Below, in pieces: positions 58,974-64,000 of a DNA stretch of 64,000 nucleotides (position 1 is its first letter; each line of letters opens with the position of its first letter). The stretch comes from an uncultured Bacteroidia bacterium (lineage in GTDB: Bacteria > Bacteroidota > Bacteroidia > Bacteroidales > ML635J-15), in assembly GCA_902800045.1 (NCBI GenBank), contig CADCCZ010000001.1, forward strand, positions 436,640 through 500,639, read 5' to 3'. The translations under genes and the position numbers were made by a program. The notes beneath the pieces are model-generated. The model made no database searches. It had not been told where the DNA came from and saw nothing but the letters and a program-made list of their open reading frames with translations.

Positions 58974-59250
58974 ACAACAGAACATATTGAATGCTCAGAA
59001 GATAGCGAATAGGTGTAGCAAAGGTATTTCGCTTAACAAGTCAACCTATCACTCTGGATTGTATCACGGAGCAATTGAAATGGGAGACTTCAAGGATGCC
59101 AAGCATAGATCTGAAATCAAGAGAACGCTTGTCAAGTTTATGAAATACTTGGAGAAGCGAGGTTTCATAGATGACACCTTGCAGTACGATACGGAACACC
59201 AAGTCGATACATTTCTGGAGCAGTTTAATCAAGACAAAGTTAGAAAGTAG
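58966..59250 (+). CDS. Hypothetical phage protein (MAxxK family)
   Basis: 94-aa ORF with YHGAIEMGDFKD motif. Confidence 0.6.
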   Translation: MSKQQNILNAQKIANRCSKGISLNKSTYHSGLYHGAIEMGDFKDAKHRSEIKRTLVKFMKYLEKRGFIDDTLQYDTEHQVDTFLEQFNQDKVRK

Positions 59251-59258
59251 ATTAAAAA

Positions 59259-59528
59259 ATGATTGAATTAAAAGCAAGTAGTCATATAGGTGGCGATGAA
59301 ACACGCTCTTATGATGTCGTAACCGATTGTAAGACGATAGGTAGTTTTGTCTCGGAAGTCTTGACAAAATATAAGCGTGAATGGGGAACTTTTAGAACGA
59401 GATTTGGCAATTTCGATTACAAGTACGGCAAAATGGTAGATGTTATTCCACCGACTATTTTGGCGCAAAGATTTTCAAATGTCAAAGCCTCTGGGGGTTG
59501 GTCTAATATGGATTATAAATTTGAATAA
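59259..59528 (+). CDS. Hypothetical phage protein
   Basis: 89-aa ORF ending ASGGWSNMDYKFE. Confidence 0.65.
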   Translation: MIELKASSHIGGDETRSYDVVTDCKTIGSFVSEVLTKYKREWGTFRTRFGNFDYKYGKMVDVIPPTILAQRFSNVKASGGWSNMDYKFE

Positions 59529-59544
59529 GAAAGGAGGATAGACA

Positions 59545-59832
59545 ATGACAGAGTTGCAGATTTATAAATTTATTCATGAAAATAATCTTGAATGTAGATG
59601 GCAAACTTTTTGGGAAAACAAAAAAGAAATTGATAAATTAAATGTCTGGATTCCATCGTATCTGTTGAAAGAGTTTTGCGATATGCTTGGATATTCAGCA
59701 TTTGACGATGGTGGAATTTCAGAAGTGAAGTTGTGTTTTGATGGCTCAATATTCGTCAATAACCTTGATGAGATTCTTGATTATTACGGAATTGAAGCAG
59801 AGAATATTTTGGAGAAACCTAAAGATGAATAA
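59545..59832 (+). CDS. Hypothetical phage protein
   Basis: 95-aa ORF with AAGGAGG SD upstream. Confidence 0.68.
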   Translation: MTELQIYKFIHENNLECRWQTFWENKKEIDKLNVWIPSYLLKEFCDMLGYSAFDDGGISEVKLCFDGSIFVNNLDEILDYYGIEAENILEKPKDE

Positions 59833-59835
59833 GTT

Positions 59836-60111
59836 ATGAAAGTATTTGGAGCAAAAAGAACTGACGGTTATAGCGGTGGCGTTATACTAGTTGCTGCAAA
59901 CTCAATAGAGGAAGCAATAGTAACAGCAGCCAAGAATCAAGAAACAGAGTACATGTTCCATTGGGAAGATGAGTATTTCGATACTCATGTAGGTAACTTT
60001 GAGTTTTTCAGTTCTGACTACTACCCAAAGGAAAATTGGAAAGAGATCGAGAACCTTATGTGGAATGGCGATGAGCCGAAAGTAATTATTGAAGATGGAT
60101 ATACAGAATAG
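59836..60111 (+). CDS. Hypothetical phage protein
   Basis: 91-aa ORF with GVILVAANSIEEA motif. Confidence 0.65.
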   Translation: MKVFGAKRTDGYSGGVILVAANSIEEAIVTAAKNQETEYMFHWEDEYFDTHVGNFEFFSSDYYPKENWKEIENLMWNGDEPKVIIEDGYTE

Positions 60112-60271
60112 AAAAAAGAACCAAGTAAAAGCTTGTTGCCGGAATTGTTGGCACCATAAAACCAGCAAAGGCGTTGTACTTGAAAAAGATGCTTGTTTCT
60201 GTCTACATTGGCAATCCCATATAGTAAATTCGAGAGAGTATGTTTGTAAAAGTTATGTAAGATTTAGATAA
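60089..60271 (+). CDS. Small Cys-rich phage protein
   Basis: CCRNCWH...C...C motif. Confidence 0.45.
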   Translation: MKMDIQNRKKNQVKACCRNCWHHKTSKGVVLEKDACFCLHWQSHIVNSREYVCKSYVRFR

Positions 60272-60283
60272 GGAGGTAAAGTA

Positions 60284-60706
60284 ATGAAGAAAGTTATTGT
60301 ATATGTGTCTGACGATGGCACAAGATTTAACACAGAAAAAGAGTGTAGTCTTTATGAGGAACTTTGTGGTAAAGTAAAAGTGGTAATGTCTGAATTAGGG
60401 CCGCGAAATAATGATTATAACATTGCAGTTCGGCAAGACAAATCGGCAGTTGCAAATGCGTATGTTAAGTTTATGAATTTGTGCGCTGATACATTGCCAA
60501 GTTATTCTGGAATCTTCGACCAATGTTCGCGTGGTGAAAGACATCCAAGTCATGCTTCGCGCATATTGTCAGATTGTTACATAGAATATCCAATATTAGC
60601 AGAAACGAATCACAGGTTTAATTGTATTGATACAGAAACAGGTATTGAATATGAACAACCTTATTTTGCTGCACACCCCCATGAGTTTAAAGGAAAAATA
60701 TTGTAA
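60284..60706 (+). CDS. Hypothetical phage protein
   Basis: YVSDDGTRFNTEKEC..YE N-terminal motif; TAAGGAGGT SD upstream. Confidence 0.68.
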   Translation: MKKVIVYVSDDGTRFNTEKECSLYEELCGKVKVVMSELGPRNNDYNIAVRQDKSAVANAYVKFMNLCADTLPSYSGIFDQCSRGERHPSHASRILSDCYIEYPILAETNHRFNCIDTETGIEYEQPYFAAHPHEFKGKIL

Positions 60707-60726
60707 ATTGATAAGGAGATAATATT

Positions 60727-61134
60727 ATGAAAGCAACAGAATTAATGATTGGTGATTATGTGCAGTTTTTTGAAGAAAGAAATCTACGATACGAAAAAGT
60801 AACTACAATAACAGACGAAGGAAATGGCCAGCGATTTGTGCAAACAGCAGAAAGTGATGTTTATTATCGCGAAGAAGTTTATATGCCGATTCCACTAACC
60901 GCTGAAATTTTGGAAAAGAATTTTGATTTTGAACCAGATTGTGACAAAAAAATATATAAGAATAAGAGTTATTGTAGTTTTCTTGTTGCACAAGAAAAGC
61001 AAGGTTTTGCTATCGGGAGAATGAATGATTCTTATGATACGCCACAATTTAATGGTTGGTTTTCTATTGAGTATGTCCATGAACTGCAGCATGCTTTAAA
61101 ACTTTGTGGAATTGATAAACAGATTGTATTATGA
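60727..61134 (+). CDS. Hypothetical phage protein (ELMIGD...PIPLTAEILEKN...YVHELQH family)
   Basis: Motif family recurrent in Bacteroidota phages. Confidence 0.7.
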   Translation: MKATELMIGDYVQFFEERNLRYEKVTTITDEGNGQRFVQTAESDVYYREEVYMPIPLTAEILEKNFDFEPDCDKKIYKNKSYCSFLVAQEKQGFAIGRMNDSYDTPQFNGWFSIEYVHELQHALKLCGIDKQIVL

Positions 61135-61763
61135 ACATTATAATGTTTAACGACAGGTGCAACCTTACAGAATTGACCCTGCAAGGTTATAAGAACAAGA
61201 CCAGACGGGCGGAAAAGAAGATGCAAAAGTTCATAAGTGATTATGAGGAAAACAGAAGGCCATTTGAAATTCGCAGAACCAAGATAATTGCTGCTGGCAA
61301 TGGCGGATATGGATTGCTTGCAGTTGATACCCCAGACGATTGTTTTGTTATGCCTACACAATACAAGGTTGGTGAAGTGGTAGCTGTGGCGCAATGTTAC
61401 AAAGAGATTTTCCCAGATGCAGATTTTGAGATGGTCGGAACTGAGTTTATGACAGAAACGGCTGGCTGGACCAATAAGATGTTTGTCCGTGCTGACCTTA
61501 TTCAGCACCATATCAAGATAACTGGAATCGATTTAGAGCGATTGCAGGACATTTCGGATGAAGATTGCTTGGCAGAGGGAGTTTTGGAATACAGATGTAT
61601 GATCGGGTTTGCAGGAGAGTATGTAATAAAGGTTAACAACAAGCCTTTGCTTTTCCATACTCCACGAAAAGCCTTTGCAGCTCTTATCGACAAGGTTTCG
61701 GGCAGGGGCACTTGGGAAAGCAATCCGTGGGTGGTAGTATATGATTATAAAGTAGTTGATTAA
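61131..61763 (+). CDS. ASCH/PUA-like phage protein
   Basis: IMFND...G.K..TRR, ERLQDISDEDCLAEG and WESNPWVVVY motifs. Confidence 0.7.
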   Translation: MNIIMFNDRCNLTELTLQGYKNKTRRAEKKMQKFISDYEENRRPFEIRRTKIIAAGNGGYGLLAVDTPDDCFVMPTQYKVGEVVAVAQCYKEIFPDADFEMVGTEFMTETAGWTNKMFVRADLIQHHIKITGIDLERLQDISDEDCLAEGVLEYRCMIGFAGEYVIKVNNKPLLFHTPRKAFAALIDKVSGRGTWESNPWVVVYDYKVVD

Positions 61764-61773
61764 ATAATGTGTT

Positions 61774-62211
61774 ATGAGAACGATAGAATTTAGAGGTAAA
61801 GATGTAGAAACTGGCGAATGGATATACGGCGATTTGTTTCAGCGCATAGGTTACTATCCAGAGATAATAGTATCATATCCAAACGATGATGGCAAGATTG
61901 CGTATAAAAGTGTTACGGTAAGGCCGGAATCAGTAGGTCAATATACAAACTGCACCGACACAAGAATTAATAAGATTTATGACGGAGATATTCTCTGTAT
62001 GAAAGACCTGCACAAGGAAGAAGGGCCGTATCATCTTCTTGTACTATGGGATGATGAACGCAAATGCTGGGCGGTAAAATGGCTCAACAGGGATCCAGAG
62101 TTTGTAAGCGGAAACACTCTTGGAGATTTTATGCGAGAAATGGAAAAATATTTTGACATCACGGTAGCTGGAAATAAGTACGATAATCAAGAACTAATGA
62201 AAAATATGTAA
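61774..62211 (+). CDS. YopX family protein
   Basis: MRTIEFRGK...WIYGDL, VGQYT...KIYDGDIL and V.GN.YDN.ELM motifs. Confidence 0.85.
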   Translation: MRTIEFRGKDVETGEWIYGDLFQRIGYYPEIIVSYPNDDGKIAYKSVTVRPESVGQYTNCTDTRINKIYDGDILCMKDLHKEEGPYHLLVLWDDERKCWAVKWLNRDPEFVSGNTLGDFMREMEKYFDITVAGNKYDNQELMKNM

Positions 62212-62212
62212 T

Positions 62213-62338
62213 ATGTACAAAGTAGTAAGAAACGGAGAAGTCTGGGGCGAGTATGAAGATTATGAGCAGGCAAATGATACGGCTAACGAACTTAACGCAG
62301 TGTTGGATTATTTAGACGATAAATGGGAGGTAGAGTAA
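62213..62338 (+). CDS. Small acidic hypothetical protein (41 aa)
   Basis: MYKVVRNGEVWGEYEDYEQA...WEVE*, read manually; fills the gap exactly. Confidence 0.5.
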   Translation: MYKVVRNGEVWGEYEDYEQANDTANELNAVLDYLDDKWEVE

Positions 62339-62340
62339 TT

Positions 62341-62913
62341 ATGGGATTTTTGAGCTTAAAGAAGGAATACAACATCGAGCATATCGTTGCAGTTTACGAT
62401 GAAAAAAAGTATGGAGGAAAGGTTATTTGCATAGGTTCTCCTTACATACACGACATTATTGTGATTGATATGCAGGGTAAAATATTAAGGCGTGACGATG
62501 GCAGAAGTAATGAAGAATTGCGTAGATACATGCAAGAGTTTGATGCCGATCCCGACAAGTTGAGGGGAATAGTTACAAAGGCAGACGATTTTAGCGACTA
62601 TATAACAACTGTTTACATTTATGACAAAGGGAGAATAAGAAAGGAGTTATGCGAAGAAATAGGCTGGCCGAATGTTACCACAACGGGCGAAATGATGTAT
62701 GAAAATACTAGTTTCGATACATATAAAAAGGCTTTTCGTTACGCTTGCGAATCAGTCAGTTATGATAAATATTTGCGCATGAATTACCGCGAAAACCTCA
62801 AAGATGACTTTAAAAGAATTTTCCGTAGAATAAAATACAGATGGGAAGACCGCTTCGATTGGCTGTATGTAAATACAATTTTGAGAGTAAAATCGTGGTT
62901 TGTAAATGATTAA
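62341..62913 (+). CDS. Hypothetical phage protein
   Basis: Likely start ATG 62341; ICIGSPYIHD and CEEIGWPNVT..G.MMYENT motifs. Confidence 0.65.
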   Translation: MGFLSLKKEYNIEHIVAVYDEKKYGGKVICIGSPYIHDIIVIDMQGKILRRDDGRSNEELRRYMQEFDADPDKLRGIVTKADDFSDYITTVYIYDKGRIRKELCEEIGWPNVTTTGEMMYENTSFDTYKKAFRYACESVSYDKYLRMNYRENLKDDFKRIFRRIKYRWEDRFDWLYVNTILRVKSWFVND

Positions 62914-63208
62914 TAAAGTAAGAATGAAAAAAACATCGTACATTAATGGTTCTGCCGTCGTAGTATTTGGCGGAGGAATAGCAGTCCAGTCCGGATATAG
63001 TGTTAATAAAAAAGAAGCAGTTGTTGCATTCTCAGAACTGAAAAAACAACTTGAATGTGGAGAAGATTTTGAAGAAGACGCGCCTAAATACCCCATACAA
63101 GTGCAATTGGTATTTGACAATTTGAAAAGTATCGAGGTAGTTCGCAGGGCATTAGACACGGCGGAAAGATTTTTAAAAAACGAAGATACTGAAAGGGATG
63201 GACAATAA
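62906..63208 (+). CDS. Hypothetical phage protein
   Basis: 100-aa ORF in the operon. Confidence 0.6.
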   Translation: MINKVRMKKTSYINGSAVVVFGGGIAVQSGYSVNKKEAVVAFSELKKQLECGEDFEEDAPKYPIQVQLVFDNLKSIEVVRRALDTAERFLKNEDTERDGQ

Positions 63209-63789
63209 CAAACGAGGAAATTTGGAAACCAATATTTCAATATGAAGGACTTTATGAAGTAAGTAATAGAGGTAGAATCCGTTCTTGTGCCAGAGTTATT
63301 AATAGAGGAAACAATGGAATGAAAATACTATCTAAATTACTGACTCTTAACAACTCATACGGAGGATACCAGAGAGTTATACTTTTTGACAACGAACATA
63401 AAAATCATTCTTTTGCTGTACACAGACTTGTAGCACAAGCGTTTTTAGAAGATTATTCAAGTTCTATGGATGTCGACCATATTAATGGAATTAGAGACGA
63501 TAACAATATTGAAAACTTGAGAATGTGTAGTAGAAAAGAAAATTGTAACTATGAACTTTCTAGATTCAATAGGAAGCAAGCTGCATTCAAAAGACCAGTA
63601 TGTCAGTTTGACCTGCAAAATAATTTTATTGCTGAATTTGAGTCTACAATAGAAGCTGAAAGGAAAACAGGAATTTCAAATAGCAATATATATTCTTGTT
63701 GTATAAATAGAGTTATAACTACAAAAGCAGGAAACAAATCAAAAATAACAACAGCTGGAGGATTTATATGGAAATTCAAAACAACTTGA
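63205..63789 (+). CDS. NUMOD4-HNH-NUMOD1 homing-endonuclease-like protein (canonical start missing)
   Basis: In-frame EIWKPIFQYEGLYEVSNRGRIRS (NUMOD4) upstream of ATG 63319; HRLVA..F...VDHING...N...NL HNH; FES..EAER.TG...AGGFIW NUMOD1-like tail. Confidence 0.82.
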   Translation: MTNEEIWKPIFQYEGLYEVSNRGRIRSCARVINRGNNGMKILSKLLTLNNSYGGYQRVILFDNEHKNHSFAVHRLVAQAFLEDYSSSMDVDHINGIRDDNNIENLRMCSRKENCNYELSRFNRKQAAFKRPVCQFDLQNNFIAEFESTIEAERKTGISNSNIYSCCINRVITTKAGNKSKITTAGGFIWKFKTT

Positions 63790-63998
63790 ACAAATCAATA
63801 GAACTTTCAAACAAATTTAAGTGTATAACAATAGGAGAAAGATGTAAAAATATAGAAGATGCTTGTTATAAAATGGCACAATGGAAAGACAAATGCTTTA
63901 GTGATGTAATAAAAAGATTAAAAGAGACCTACCAACTTGACGAACAAGCTTTGTTTATCCTGAATCTTGTGGAAAGTAGGTATAATGACAAAAAGTAA
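63768..63998 (+). CDS. Hypothetical phage protein (MAxxK family)
   Basis: 76-aa ORF with ACYKMAQWKD motif. Confidence 0.55.
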   Translation: MEIQNNLNKSIELSNKFKCITIGERCKNIEDACYKMAQWKDKCFSDVIKRLKETYQLDEQALFILNLVESRYNDKK

Positions 63999-64000
63999 AC

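Larger units (their letters stand above)
44031..64000. mobile_element. Prophage, left arm (lysogeny, recombination, replication and early genes); continues beyond window
   Basis: Integrase, CI/Cro, Bet, replication initiator and DnaC-like loader, antirepressor, YopX, NUMOD4-HNH; dense co-oriented small ORFs. No structural genes in the window. Confidence 0.92.

Noticed and set aside
44031-64000. Stop-codon reassignment in the prophage
   Set aside because: Long genes are intact in code 11, and TGA/TAG end many genes with tight coupling. Only one in-frame TGA was found.

Overview
Bacteroidota (probably Bacteroidales) chromosome, based on TAnnTTTG promoters, T9SS sorting domains and GldM/PorE-like genes. 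It has three blocks. (1) 1-27.8 kb, secreted surface proteins: a 5'-truncated type-B T9SS cargo, a stand-alone GldM-C-terminal-like protein and a tandem array of six mosaic BspA-type LRR T9SS proteins with variable heads on near-identical stalks. Two of the six are frameshifted at the same point, probably by an assembly artefact. A CLec-like lipoprotein ends the block. (2) 27.8-44 kb, housekeeping genes: SOD, an AAA/DUF4143 ATPase behind three 33-bp-spaced palindromes, DEAD-box helicase, pyrK-pyrD, lipid kinase, sufS, Omp28-like protein, DegT aminotransferase, PorE-like protein and DUF1294. (3) From about 44.03 kb to the window end, the left arm of a prophage next to a probable tRNA 3'-end att site: integrase, CI/Cro switch, tRNA-like element, Rad50-like ATPase/Bet/MBL module, replication initiator with iterons, an antirepressor preceded by an apparent C4/P4-CI-like antisense attenuator, and many small early genes. 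No CRISPR array, reverse transcriptase or rRNA was seen. All family calls come from motif recognition by eye, without database searches.
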